Positions 18,538-28,289 of a stretch of 64,000 nt of DNA are shown piece after piece. The notes beneath the pieces were generated by a model, which saw nothing but the letters and a program-made list of their open reading frames with translations, ran no database searches and was not told the origin of the DNA. Origin of the DNA: Candidatus Thorarchaeota archaeon (GTDB taxonomy: Archaea > Asgardarchaeota > Thorarchaeia > Thorarchaeales > Thorarchaeaceae); the NCBI GenBank assembly GCA_016840855.1, contig JAEORO010000056.1, positions 74-64,073 of the forward strand. Direction: 5' to 3'. Position 1 is the first letter of the stretch. Each line of letters opens with the position of its first letter. Position numbers and translations under genes: made by a program.

Positions 18538-19308
18538 ATGGCAAATAACGGAATTGTTATTCAAACACACGGCCTGAACAAACGATTCGATACTGTTCAC
18601 GCCGTCAGAGATCTGAACCTAGAGGTTCGGTCTGGTAGTAGGTTTGGATTTCTTGGTCCAAACGGTGCAGGAAAAACAACCACAGTCCGGATTCTATCTG
18701 GTCTCATGAAACAGACAAGTGGTCAAGCCACTGTATGTGGTTTTGATGTCAGTACACAGCGTGATCAAATCAAGGCTGCAACTGGTCTGCTTCCTGAGTC
18801 TCCTGGACTTTACTCGAAGCTATCAGCAGTGGAATTTCTAGAGTTCATCGGAGCATTAAATGGACGAAACGGAGCAAGTCTGAACAGACGCATAGACATA
18901 ATGCTTGGCATGCTCGGATTAGAAGGTCGCCAGAACGACTTGTTAGAGTCCTACTCCTCAGGCATGAAACAGAAAGTGCTTGTAGCTTCAACATTATTGA
19001 GTGAGCCGAAGTTGGTGTTTCTAGACGAACCCACTTCTCGACTCGATCCCGCAGCAAGCGCGCTGGTGAAGGACTTGATACTTGTCTTGGCCGAAGAGAC
19101 TGAAACTAGTTTCTTCATCTGCTCACACCAGACATCGTTTGTTGAGGATGTCTGTGATGTTGTTGGTATCCTCAATGAAGGCTCTCTTGTTACTCATGGT
19201 TCTCCTCAGGAGATTATGGAAACAACTGGTGCAAAAGACCTCGAGGATGCATATCTGAAGATTGTTGGCGGTCATGTGGACAGAAAGACCTTGCTGGCTT
19301 GGAGGTAA
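18538..19308 (+). CDS. ABC transporter ATP-binding protein (ABC-2/CcmA-like)
   Basis: Walker A GPNGAGKTT, signature YSSGMKQK, Walker B LVFLDEPTSRLD. Confidence 0.9.
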   Translation: MANNGIVIQTHGLNKRFDTVHAVRDLNLEVRSGSRFGFLGPNGAGKTTTVRILSGLMKQTSGQATVCGFDVSTQRDQIKAATGLLPESPGLYSKLSAVEFLEFIGALNGRNGASLNRRIDIMLGMLGLEGRQNDLLESYSSGMKQKVLVASTLLSEPKLVFLDEPTSRLDPAASALVKDLILVLAEETETSFFICSHQTSFVEDVCDVVGILNEGSLVTHGSPQEIMETTGAKDLEDAYLKIVGGHVDRKTLLAWR

Positions 19309-20993
19309 TGCTAATGGTGCGGACCTGGTTGGCAATAGCGAAAGCAGAGTTCCAGGTGTTGTCCTCAAGTATGAGGGGTCATAGAAAGCTCTACACCAGT
19401 TTTCTTTATTCACTCGCCATTGTTTGGGCTGTAGTAATTACCCCAATGCTATACAATGCAATCCTTGGCGCATTATTCCCCATGGATGTGTTACGACCTA
19501 TGCTCATGGTGATATTTCCAGGGCTCATGCGTACTGTTGGACTATTCCTTTGGCTTGTTCTACTATTGTTTCCTCTATCGTATGCTCTGCAAGAGATTAA
19601 GATTGGACAGTGGGAGATCTTTTTGTCCAACAATGTGCGAACAAGAGACATAATGGCTGGAACATTTCTAGGGAAGCTTGGTCTTTATGGATTAATCATT
19701 GTTTTCTTGGCTCCATTGCTAGTGACTCCATTCATGTTGGCATTTGAGGTCAATGTTATTGGTCAGTTACTGGTTTATGGTGTTGTCATACTGTTAGCAA
19801 TGGGAACAATCTGGCTCTCGAACTTCCTAACAAGTGTTATTCAAGCAAGGCTAGGCGATTCATCACGAGGTAATGATATAGCAAAGGCATTGGCTATGGT
19901 TGTTGCTATAGTCGTCATCATCCCAATGTATGGCTTGATGTTCTTCCTCCCGACTCTGTCTGAGTTGATGGGTATGAATGCATTTCTTATCCTTCCCTCT
20001 ACATGGTTTGCTGACTTAATTAGCTGGCTCGCAATAACATTCAATGGCATTGGATTGACTAGTGCTCATATAGCAGCCTTCTCATCAATACTTCAGTTGG
20101 ACTTGTTGATTACTGGAGTCTTAACGATAGGTTTCACTCTTGGTATAGTTGGTCTCGCATTGGGGATGGCTGATAGAGTTTTCACGATTGAGGCTGGTAT
20201 TCGTACAGAGGTTGTAACAACAGTTGGGAGCGAGAATGTGCTCCTAAGAGGCCTCAGGAAAATGAATTCTGGACCATTTGGATCACTTGTAGTCACCAAC
20301 TTCAAGGACTTTCTACGAAAGGCGCAGAATCTATCAAAGATTGGCTATGGCGTAATCCTCGCGATAATCATGCCTGTCCTTATGATGTCTTTTGATATTG
20401 AATATATTCAATTCAAAGAGATGTTCTTGATGATGGTTGCTATGATGTCTTTAATCGGCGCTTTACCATTCGCTGGTTCAGGATTCCTTGAGAGCAAGGA
20501 CCAACTATGGATTATTCAAGGGGCACCATCAGGGGCATCAAGATTCGTCAAGAGTAGGATTGTAACTCAGGCGATTATAGGTATACCATTAATCGCCATA
20601 CCAACAGCAGTAATTTATCTGATGCTTGAGATGACTTTTGCAGAACTCCTCCTCTTTCTTGGACTTGGATATGCAGCAGTAATCGGTGGAATGCTTATGG
20701 CTACTGGTGTGACTGCAAGGAACCCAAACTACGAGGACACGAAATCACCTGCCCACCAGGCAAATGTGATGACCTCCTGTCTACTGGCTGAGTTCTCAAT
20801 TATAGGTGTCATGTTTGTGGACATATTCCTAACTTTAGGTACAGGCATAGACTTCTTCGGAATAATTGAGAGTATATTTGGGCCGGGTAACATGATGATT
20901 GGGGTTTCTGCAATCGGACTTGTTGTCCAATGGATTATTGCAGGCATTCTTCTGTCGTCAGGAATCAGATATCTCTCTAGGCCTGATCCCTAG
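19308..20993 (+). CDS. large polytopic ABC-associated permease-like membrane protein
   Basis: The ATG overlaps the ATPase stop (TAATG). About 560 aa with many TM helices. The family could not be assigned by eye. Confidence 0.55.
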   Translation: MLMVRTWLAIAKAEFQVLSSSMRGHRKLYTSFLYSLAIVWAVVITPMLYNAILGALFPMDVLRPMLMVIFPGLMRTVGLFLWLVLLLFPLSYALQEIKIGQWEIFLSNNVRTRDIMAGTFLGKLGLYGLIIVFLAPLLVTPFMLAFEVNVIGQLLVYGVVILLAMGTIWLSNFLTSVIQARLGDSSRGNDIAKALAMVVAIVVIIPMYGLMFFLPTLSELMGMNAFLILPSTWFADLISWLAITFNGIGLTSAHIAAFSSILQLDLLITGVLTIGFTLGIVGLALGMADRVFTIEAGIRTEVVTTVGSENVLLRGLRKMNSGPFGSLVVTNFKDFLRKAQNLSKIGYGVILAIIMPVLMMSFDIEYIQFKEMFLMMVAMMSLIGALPFAGSGFLESKDQLWIIQGAPSGASRFVKSRIVTQAIIGIPLIAIPTAVIYLMLEMTFAELLLFLGLGYAAVIGGMLMATGVTARNPNYEDTKSPAHQANVMTSCLLAEFSIIGVMFVDIFLTLGTGIDFFGIIESIFGPGNMMIGVSAIGLVVQWIIAGILLSSGIRYLSRPDP

Positions 20994-21077
20994 AGAGAGT
21001 GGTATAGGCGAAGTCTTTCGGTGTTGGTGTCTTCGCCTTACCACAACTCTACTCTACATAGAAACAAACATGTAATC

Positions 21078-21839
21078 TCATCTCCGGGAGTGAATGACCA
21101 AGTTTCGGTCATCACTCCCAACAAAGAGCGACTCTGAATAATCTGAATAGAATCTTGTCTCTCGAAATCCAGCTTGCGCTAGAAATCGCTTCATCAAATT
21201 CGAGTCAAGATTGAGCACTTTCTGTGTTGAAACCAATGAAGTCCATTCTCCTTTAACCTTCATTTGAGCCGACATCACTAGAGTGGATGAGTTTGGAGGA
21301 TTCGTGTGCTCATAAAATCTTGAAAACACCACCTCCTCTCCAGTATCCATTTTTCCACTCTTCTGTGGGAGAAACCTGAAGCCAGTCCTTTGAATCTCTT
21401 CAAAGTTAAGTACCTGCGCTATGAAAACACCATTCTCCTTTAGTGCATCGTAAACAGATGATAGAACTCCCTCTAATACAGATAGATCATCAAGGAGCGC
21501 CAAGGAATTACCAAGGCAGATTATCAAATCAAATTCGCCAAGGTCAATAGATTGGAATTTCTCTATTCCACTCAGAATAAACTTGGATGCTGCGCTGTTT
21601 GATGCTGCATGTTTCTTTGCTTGCGAAATCATGATCTCACTATTATCAATCCCAACTACTTCTGCCCCCTCAAGAGTTAGAGCCACAGCATGTCTTCCGG
21701 TTCCGCATGCCAAGTCCAAGACACGTTTGCCCTTGGGGTTGCCAAGGCGTGATTTCAGGAAAGGTATCTCTCTTGCAAGCCTCGCATTCCAATCTATTAC
21801 ATCGTCATATGCTAATGCAATATTATCAAACGAACTCAT
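21078..21839 (-). CDS. class I SAM-dependent methyltransferase
   Basis: Motif I VLDLACGTGRH, with D(N)S and LKENGVF downstream. Start taken at MSSFDNIALAYD. Confidence 0.75.
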   Translation of the reverse strand: MSSFDNIALAYDDVIDWNARLAREIPFLKSRLGNPKGKRVLDLACGTGRHAVALTLEGAEVVGIDNSEIMISQAKKHAASNSAASKFILSGIEKFQSIDLGEFDLIICLGNSLALLDDLSVLEGVLSSVYDALKENGVFIAQVLNFEEIQRTGFRFLPQKSGKMDTGEEVVFSRFYEHTNPPNSSTLVMSAQMKVKGEWTSLVSTQKVLNLDSNLMKRFLAQAGFRETRFYSDYSESLFVGSDDRNLVIHSRR

Positions 21840-21919
21840 TTGAAACTGGCTTACAGGGAAATCTAATGACTTCAATCTTATGTGCATAGGATTAAGAGGT
21901 TTGGAGAGATATCAGACAC

Positions 21920-22198
21920 ATGTTGGAGATTGTAATTCTTGCGGCGATTATCATTGCGGCTAGTATAATCCTGATGAGTAAATCAGGTAGGCGTCGGACT
22001 ACAGAATCAGGAAAGTATGATGGTCCTTCAGGGGTGTATGGCCATGGTTTGCAGGATCTTGAAACTCAAATCCACTTTCCTACGATTAAAGACACCGCAA
22101 TGCCCTTCCCAATGTCCAAAAGAGAAGAGCGTGAGAAGACAGAAACCTATAGTGGCAAAAAAAGAAGATCTATTCGTTCAAGAAATCAATCTCGCTAG
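21920..22198 (+). CDS. small N-terminally anchored basic protein, hypothetical
   Basis: One N-terminal TM helix and a Lys/Arg/Glu-rich tail. The 3' end overlaps the convergent SDR gene. Confidence 0.3.
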   Translation: MLEIVILAAIIIAASIILMSKSGRRRTTESGKYDGPSGVYGHGLQDLETQIHFPTIKDTAMPFPMSKREEREKTETYSGKKRRSIRSRNQSR

Positions 22199-22994
22199 AC
22201 GTAAAGAGTACGCGACCCTCCATACCTCCAGCCACCGTGATTGTTTGTCCACTTACATGACCTGCAAGCTTGTCTGAAGCCAGGTAGAGAATTGCTCCAG
22301 CGATATCTTCTGGAACTGCAGTTTTACGCATCGGGATTGTTTGTAATATTCTCCTCGTCATGTCATTGTCAGTTAATTCCTTCTCTGCCATCGGAGTCAT
22401 CGTCCATCCTGGATTGACAAGATTCACACGGCCTTTTGGTGCCAAATGGACTATCTCATTCTTCAGACTCATCATCATACCATGCATAGCTGACTTGGAT
22501 GTAGAATAATCAACATACCAAGCTTCACCAAAGAGCCCTGCAGTTGAGCCAACAAGAATGAGTGAAGCGCTTTCCTCTGGGAACTTCTCTAGGTTTGCAA
22601 AGAAATACTTTGAACAGAGGAATGTACCTGTGAGATTCACTCTGATAGTTCGCTCCCACTGCTCAAGAGTCATCTCTTGAACGGCTTTTCCCTCATGATT
22701 AGCAATGCCTGCATTCGCAATAAGCACATCAACACGACCAAATGCGCGGTTCGCCTTCTCAAACAAAGCCCGAACTTCATCTTCCGATGTCTGATCCATT
22801 TTCAAGACATTGAGCTCATCCCGCCAAGTCTTCTGAATATCGTCAAGTGATTTTGAAGAATGATTGTATGTTCCTGTAACTCGTGCACCTTCAACAAGTA
22901 GCATCTGCGTGACTTCAAGACCTATCCCCCCTGATGCTCCAGTAACCATCACATGTTTTCCAGAAAGCCCAGTATCCAATATGTATACCTCCAA
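22170..22994 (-). CDS. short-chain dehydrogenase/reductase (SDR)
   Basis: TGASGGIG cofactor motif, NAG, and catalytic YSTSK. Confidence 0.85.
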   Translation of the reverse strand: MEVYILDTGLSGKHVMVTGASGGIGLEVTQMLLVEGARVTGTYNHSSKSLDDIQKTWRDELNVLKMDQTSEDEVRALFEKANRAFGRVDVLIANAGIANHEGKAVQEMTLEQWERTIRVNLTGTFLCSKYFFANLEKFPEESASLILVGSTAGLFGEAWYVDYSTSKSAMHGMMMSLKNEIVHLAPKGRVNLVNPGWTMTPMAEKELTDNDMTRRILQTIPMRKTAVPEDIAGAILYLASDKLAGHVSGQTITVAGGMEGRVLFTSSEIDFLNE

Positions 22995-23050
22995 AGCACC
23001 GATGTATCTAAGGATTCAGATCCCTTTCAATGATATGATATACTGCAAAA

Positions 23051-23566
23051 TTAAGAGATTGAATCCGTTTTCCACAGGATGCGATGATATTGTTCAATAA
23101 GAACTTCTGGCCAACTGCCAACAGACCGAAGTAGGAGATCAGCTGTAAGTCCAACAACATCATCAATATCGAGTTCCTTTAGCTTTGGACATTGAAATAA
23201 AGGAGAAAGGTCTACTCGTTTTAGACGATTGTCTAATAGTGAAACCTCCTCAAGGTTAGGACAGGAGCCGAGAGGCTCCAAATCAATCTCTTGAAGCCTG
23301 TTATGACTTAGTCTTATAGACTTCAAGTTTTTTCCACATTTCTCTAGAGGAGAGAGATCAATTTCTGTTATACTATTATTTCGAAGACATAGTGTTTCGA
23401 GGCTCTCACACCAAATTAGCGGTAGTAAATCCACTTGTGCAATATTGCGAAGATCAAGATTGATTCCTGTTTCATCGGATTTGAATCTTGTAATCTTCTC
23501 TAGGCCATTGGTAGTAACATATCTGATGAAAATCTCGGATACCACTATCACCGACCTTCCTAGCAT
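23051..23566 (-). CDS. leucine-rich repeat (LRR) protein
   Basis: About six 22-23 aa repeats of the form L..L.L..N.I.EIDLSPL..C..L. Confidence 0.7.
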   Translation of the reverse strand: MLGRSVIVVSEIFIRYVTTNGLEKITRFKSDETGINLDLRNIAQVDLLPLIWCESLETLCLRNNSITEIDLSPLEKCGKNLKSIRLSHNRLQEIDLEPLGSCPNLEEVSLLDNRLKRVDLSPLFQCPKLKELDIDDVVGLTADLLLRSVGSWPEVLIEQYHRILWKTDSIS

Positions 23567-23655
23567 TTCGATTTAATTTCGTAAAGAAAAAGTTTCCCTA
23601 AAAATCATGACCTTTTAACCACTGACAATCATATTGTCTAAATATCAGAACATAC

Positions 23656-24603
23656 ATGAATTCTCCTAACAAATGGGAGTTTGCAATGATGTCTAACACC
23701 AGCTTTCCATCAACATTTTCCATTGTAGCTCGCGATCCAGTCAATGGAGACCTCGGAATTACTGTTCAATCGAAGTTTCCAGCAGTTGGTTCTGTTGTAC
23801 CGTGGGCAGGAGCCAATATTGGAGCTATCGCAACACAAGCTTGGGCAAATGTTGGTTATGGACCGAATGGACTCAGTCTTCTTGGAGATGGTCATAGTGC
23901 ATCGGAAACTTTGAAGATTCTTCTTGATAGTGATGAAGGCCGAGAACACCGTCAAATTGGAATTGTAGATGCATTTGGTAAAGCTGTTGCTCACACTGGG
24001 AAGGAGTGTATGGAATGGGCTGGTCATATAGTAGGTGATGGTTTTTCATGTCAAGGAAATATTCTGACAGGTGAAGATGTTGTTGCTGATATGGCTGACG
24101 CTTTTGAAAATACTGAGGGCGATTTGATAGACAAGTTGTTTGCAGGACTCATTGCTGGTCAGGCAGCAGGGGGCGACCGACGGGGTATGCAGTCAGCTGC
24201 GATACTAGTAGTCCGTGAGAAAGGTGGCTATGAGGGTGGAAATGACAGGTATGTTGATGTTCGAGTTGATGAACATCCAAGCCCAATTAATGAGCTTGTC
24301 AGAATATTCAACATATATGACATGACTTTACTCTCTCGTGAAGATCCAAACTTACTTGTGAAGATAGAAGGCGATCTTCTCACAATCATTCAAGAAGCTC
24401 TAATCACTCTAGGCTATCTTGAGGATGCTCGCGAGAACTCCTTCGGAAATAGGACAAAGTCAGCTCTAACAGAGTGGATAAACACCAACAACTTCGAGAA
24501 TAAGGCACGAGATGATGGAACAATATGGCCAAGTGTAGTGGATTACTTACTCGAAGATGCAGACTTAATGACGGAGTGGCTAAACCGTAAAAAGGGATGT
24601 TAG
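23656..24603 (+). CDS. DUF1028-family Ntn-hydrolase-like protein with a C-terminal peptidoglycan-binding-like domain
   Basis: TFSIVARDPVNGDLGITVQSKFPAVGSVVPWA is typical of DUF1028. The C-terminal IQEALITLGYL...SALTEW resembles a PG_binding_1-like helix bundle. The true start may be at 23686/23689. Confidence 0.65.
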   Translation: MNSPNKWEFAMMSNTSFPSTFSIVARDPVNGDLGITVQSKFPAVGSVVPWAGANIGAIATQAWANVGYGPNGLSLLGDGHSASETLKILLDSDEGREHRQIGIVDAFGKAVAHTGKECMEWAGHIVGDGFSCQGNILTGEDVVADMADAFENTEGDLIDKLFAGLIAGQAAGGDRRGMQSAAILVVREKGGYEGGNDRYVDVRVDEHPSPINELVRIFNIYDMTLLSREDPNLLVKIEGDLLTIIQEALITLGYLEDARENSFGNRTKSALTEWINTNNFENKARDDGTIWPSVVDYLLEDADLMTEWLNRKKGC

Positions 24604-24626
24604 GACTGAAGAACGTGACACTCAAC

Positions 24627-25382
24627 TTACGTTGTTTCTTCTAGCTTAGCTAGGTTTCTCTTCCACTCGCGTTCAATCCGTTTCTCACGATTGTAGTGTC
24701 CCATCTCACCTCTGTTGTGAGAAGGATTTCCGCTTAGGATAACTGAACCTTCAAATAGTAATAAGAGAACCGTCGGAATGAGTGCTGTATAATCCCAGGA
24801 AAGAAGCATCCCAAGAATCCAAAGCCATAGCGATGTAATTACAGTCCAAAACCCAGCAAAGAAGAAGAACCACTTTCGCTTTGATGCTGGGGCTTTCAGA
24901 AATGTCACATAATCAATTTTTACTGTTGGTTCATAGTACTGATCTCTACACATCCCATCGAGTTTGATACCAGCCCATTTTCCCGCGATGACTCGACCGA
25001 TGGGGTAGAGAAATGCGATAACTGCAAATACGAAGAGAAAACGTAGACCAAAGGAACTCCAACTTGATACACCCCAAATAAGGATCTCACTCCAGATTAA
25101 TGGCAAACCCAGTGCCCATATGTATCCCCATAGCGCTAGCAATCCCAAGATAGTTTCTAGTAATAGTACTGGAGCAAGAGGATATGTTCCACCTCGATCT
25201 GTTGCGAATAAGATGTTTCTAATCTCAGATGCTTTCAAGACCTCTTGTTCGACGGGTTTGGGTTCCCTTTTAATCTGACGTACAATCTTCCAAAACTGCT
25301 TTCGGGTTTCAGCAGGAACTTGTTTGGGATCATTATCGATGATGAACTTAATTTCTACTAGTTTCGACAATCTTTCAGTCAT
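24627..25382 (-). CDS. polytopic membrane protein, hypothetical
   Basis: Charged N-terminal region followed by ~6 TM segments. No motif recognised. Confidence 0.45.
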   Translation of the reverse strand: MTERLSKLVEIKFIIDNDPKQVPAETRKQFWKIVRQIKREPKPVEQEVLKASEIRNILFATDRGGTYPLAPVLLLETILGLLALWGYIWALGLPLIWSEILIWGVSSWSSFGLRFLFVFAVIAFLYPIGRVIAGKWAGIKLDGMCRDQYYEPTVKIDYVTFLKAPASKRKWFFFFAGFWTVITSLWLWILGMLLSWDYTALIPTVLLLLFEGSVILSGNPSHNRGEMGHYNREKRIEREWKRNLAKLEETT

Positions 25383-25507
25383 ATAATTTCATCTCCCAAT
25401 ATCTTAGTAAGTTGATTGGCTAACATTTAATCGCTTTGTAGACATAATGAAGAGTAGATAAGCATCCTTGTGAATTATATCCAGAGGCAACTCTACGGAG
25501 CTTCCAT

Positions 25508-26296
25508 ATGATTTCCAGTGAGATTAGGAGGAGCATTAAAGCTCTCTCTAAATTCGACCTAGTGGTGAACCACTATAATTTAGCTCTTACTAATAGTCTA
25601 GAGGGACCACCATCGATTGAATTTGATAGAACAAGCTATCCCGGATTTGAGGCTCATCTCTTCACAATTGCTGATGCATCTCAATGGATGCCTGAATTGG
25701 ACTCAGAAGATAATGTGATTCTCTATGGAATTGATAATCGGTCTGACCCATTTTTCTTGTGGATAAGGTTTCTAGAAATTGCAAATGAAGTAATGAGGTA
25801 TCTTGAAAATTATCGACATGAATTGAAACACGGAATCTACCCAAGCACTGACTGGGCATATAATGAAAACCGTTGGTACCGCAAGAACTGGGAAGGTCCA
25901 AATCATAGGTTTAAGCCTACAGAAGAGTTTCTCAATTCAGTTGATGAATCAATACGGGAACAAATCAAAGCATTAAATGACTTAGGTTTTTCAACAACAC
26001 AGAGCTGTTCAGGACTTGAAAAAGACCACCCCGACAGGGAACCATATTTGCCGTATGTGATGTTTGATGAGCGAGCCTACACAAGATCTAGCGCTCATTT
26101 GTTTACTCTTGCCGACATCACCGGGTGGGTACCTAGTTATGGTCCTCACAATTTTGACATCGAATTTAGGCTACATGACTCAAAACGTGCTGAAGAACTC
26201 TGGGATAAATTGGTTGTCGTAGCAAGACGACTAGCACAGTTGCTTGAAGATTATAGGCTCAATCTAAAACAAGAGCTTGTGGAGCAAATAGTTTAG
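25508..26296 (+). CDS. hypothetical protein with an internal duplication
   Basis: The two halves share IR(R/E).IKAL..., AHLFT(I/L)AD(A/I)..W(M/V)P and a C-terminal helix ending (L)E(N/D)YR..LK. Confidence 0.45.
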   Translation: MISSEIRRSIKALSKFDLVVNHYNLALTNSLEGPPSIEFDRTSYPGFEAHLFTIADASQWMPELDSEDNVILYGIDNRSDPFFLWIRFLEIANEVMRYLENYRHELKHGIYPSTDWAYNENRWYRKNWEGPNHRFKPTEEFLNSVDESIREQIKALNDLGFSTTQSCSGLEKDHPDREPYLPYVMFDERAYTRSSAHLFTLADITGWVPSYGPHNFDIEFRLHDSKRAEELWDKLVVVARRLAQLLEDYRLNLKQELVEQIV

Positions 26297-26338
26297 ATTT
26301 CCATATTCTCTAAAAGGAACGTTGTTCTCTGTTTTTTC

Positions 26339-26689
26339 GTGCCAATTGATAGGACATTTAGGGAAACATGGGCGATTGTCAAAGAACATCTTGGACATCC
26401 TGTTTGGCAATCCCCACAAAAGAAAACGGCTGATATTCATGGCCGTCTTGTAGGAGTAGACTTCTCGCTGTGTTATGGTTGTGAAAAGTGCATCCATGCA
26501 TGTCCAACTAATGTCTTTGTACTAATGCAGGATGATTCTGGACGCACTATTGTTGATCCTGTGAAAGACGACGAGTGCATCTTATGTCTTGTGTGCGAGA
26601 TTGTATGTCCTGTTGAGGCTATTAGTATTGAGCGAGCAGGTGGTTCAGACGACACCCTCGACTCCTTACTAGAGGGAAAGAGAGGATAG
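26339..26689 (+). CDS. 2x[4Fe-4S] ferredoxin-domain protein
   Basis: CYGCEKCIHACP and CILCLVCEIVCP motifs. Apparent GTG start. The stop is 3 nt before the acyl-CoA dehydrogenase start. Confidence 0.7.
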   Translation: MPIDRTFRETWAIVKEHLGHPVWQSPQKKTADIHGRLVGVDFSLCYGCEKCIHACPTNVFVLMQDDSGRTIVDPVKDDECILCLVCEIVCPVEAISIERAGGSDDTLDSLLEGKRG

Positions 26690-26692
26690 AAG

Positions 26693-27952
26693 ATGTTTGA
26701 TATTCTGTTAGATGAAAATGAACGAAAGATACGAGATGAGGTTCGCAGGTTTGTAAGGGAAAAAGTAGACCGGGAACTAATACTTGCTATGGACAGCAAG
26801 GACAAGGAGTATCCCTATGAATTCATCAAAGCTGCAGCCAAAGAGAACCTCCTTGGACTACGTTTTCCGAAAGAGTATGGAGGTCGTGGTCTTGGTTGGG
26901 TTTCCGAAATGCTTGCACTTGAGGAAATTGGTGTTCTTGGAATTGCTCTTGGTTGTGCATATTCGCTGCCAAGTATTGTAGGTGAGGCAATCAACAAATT
27001 TGGCAATGTCGAACAAAAGAAGGAGTATCTACTTCCAACTCTTCAGGGGAAGAAGATTTGTGGCGAAGGTTTGACGGAACCAAGGGGTGGCTCGGATTTC
27101 TTTGGTACAAATACCACTGCCATTAAACATGGCGACACGTTTGTGATTAATGGCGAGAAACGTTTTGTCGCAGGTGGTATTGGAGCTGATTACTTTTTGA
27201 TATATGCCAAGACTAACTTTGAAGCTCCGCCCCATGAATCACTAAGTGCATTTCTTGTAGACCGCGATATGGGCGTCAAGGTTGAGGAAGAGTACGAACT
27301 CCTAGGTTGTCGTGGTATGGGTGCGGCAAGAATAGTGATGCGCGATGTTGAAGTACCTGTGAAAAACCTAGTTGGAAAACTTAACGATGGGACTTCAATT
27401 TTCAATGCAATGATGGTCCCTGAGAGATTGACCTCTGCAGCAGGTCCAATTGGTATGGGCCGAGCTGCTATCGAGATTGCTGTGCGATATGCTGACAAAA
27501 GAGAAGCTTTCGGACGGGTTATCAAGAAATTTGAAGCTATAAGTTTCAAAGTGGCTGATTGTACTACATCCTTAGATGCTGCGAGAGGTCTTGTTTACCG
27601 TGCCGCTAAGAAGGCTGATACAGGAGAGTGGTGCCGAAAAGAGGTCTCTCAAGCAAAAGTGTTTGCGACAGAGGCTGGTTTTACATCTGTTCATGAAGCG
27701 ATGCAAATTCTTGGTGGAATAGGATATACAGATGTGTATCCTCTTGAGCGACTTTATCGTGATGCTAGACTTGCCACTATTTGGACTGGGAGCAATGAAG
27801 TTCAGAGACTGATCATCCAGAATGAGGTGTTCAGTGAAATTCTGTCTGAAGACCGATCCCTAAAGCGTGACGTAGAATTAGATACACCAGGCGCTCATAA
27901 GACAAAGGAGAAAGTATACTCTGAGGACCCAATGAAATACCATCCCTCCTGA
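26693..27952 (+). CDS. acyl-CoA dehydrogenase
   Basis: LTEPRGGSDF, QILGGIGYT and IWTGSNEVQR signatures of the ACAD family. Confidence 0.9.
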   Translation: MFDILLDENERKIRDEVRRFVREKVDRELILAMDSKDKEYPYEFIKAAAKENLLGLRFPKEYGGRGLGWVSEMLALEEIGVLGIALGCAYSLPSIVGEAINKFGNVEQKKEYLLPTLQGKKICGEGLTEPRGGSDFFGTNTTAIKHGDTFVINGEKRFVAGGIGADYFLIYAKTNFEAPPHESLSAFLVDRDMGVKVEEEYELLGCRGMGAARIVMRDVEVPVKNLVGKLNDGTSIFNAMMVPERLTSAAGPIGMGRAAIEIAVRYADKREAFGRVIKKFEAISFKVADCTTSLDAARGLVYRAAKKADTGEWCRKEVSQAKVFATEAGFTSVHEAMQILGGIGYTDVYPLERLYRDARLATIWTGSNEVQRLIIQNEVFSEILSEDRSLKRDVELDTPGAHKTKEKVYSEDPMKYHPS

Positions 27953-28094
27953 AGTATTTCGCTTTCGGTCAACGAGGGTAGTTTTCAGAATATAGTCGAA
28001 AATGACTTTCTCTTCTCTCCTTCCAATTCCGATTACAAAAACTTCATATGCTTAACTATAATTAAGGACTATTAAAGCATAAAGAGGATTAGAA

Positions 28095-28259
28095 ATGGGA
28101 AAACTCGTCTGTGCAAAATGTGGGGCAGAGGTTTCTGTACCAGTTCACTGTGGAAAAGAGATGCATATGGAAGGCGATCAGCTAGTCTGTTGGATGGGCC
28201 CTGTCTGTGGCCATCAAGACATTCCTCAACACTGTGGCACCGCCATGACACTCAAATAG
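28095..28259 (+). CDS. 54-aa Cys/His-rich metal-binding micro-protein (not in the ORF track)
   Basis: My own translation is MGKLVCAKCGAEVSVPVHCGKEMHMEGDQLVCWMGPVCGHQDIPQHCGTAMTLK. It has a duplicated C..C....HCG..M motif, with AGAGGA upstream of the ATG. Confidence 0.5.
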   Translation: MGKLVCAKCGAEVSVPVHCGKEMHMEGDQLVCWMGPVCGHQDIPQHCGTAMTLK

Positions 28260-28289
28260 TGATGAAGGAAAGAAGATTTTGGGGATTTA

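Noticed and set aside
17891-18544. The full 217-aa version of the regulator ORF. Also the long N-terminal extensions of 45955..46899, 61252..62601, 43396..43821, 54395..54994 and 15275..16039
   Set aside because: The extensions overlap upstream genes or promoter palindromes and lack homology to the families. Internal ATGs give lengths and N-termini typical of those families, often with SD-like sequences or ATGA/TAATG coupling.
20972-21038. Two weak hairpins (TCTCTCTA/TAGAGAGA and AGGCGAAG/CTTCGCCT) after the ABC permease gene, considered as a terminator feature
   Set aside because: The stems are only 8 bp, with 11-17-nt loops, and the first includes the stop codon. This is too weak to call with confidence, though it may contribute to 3'-end formation between the convergent genes.
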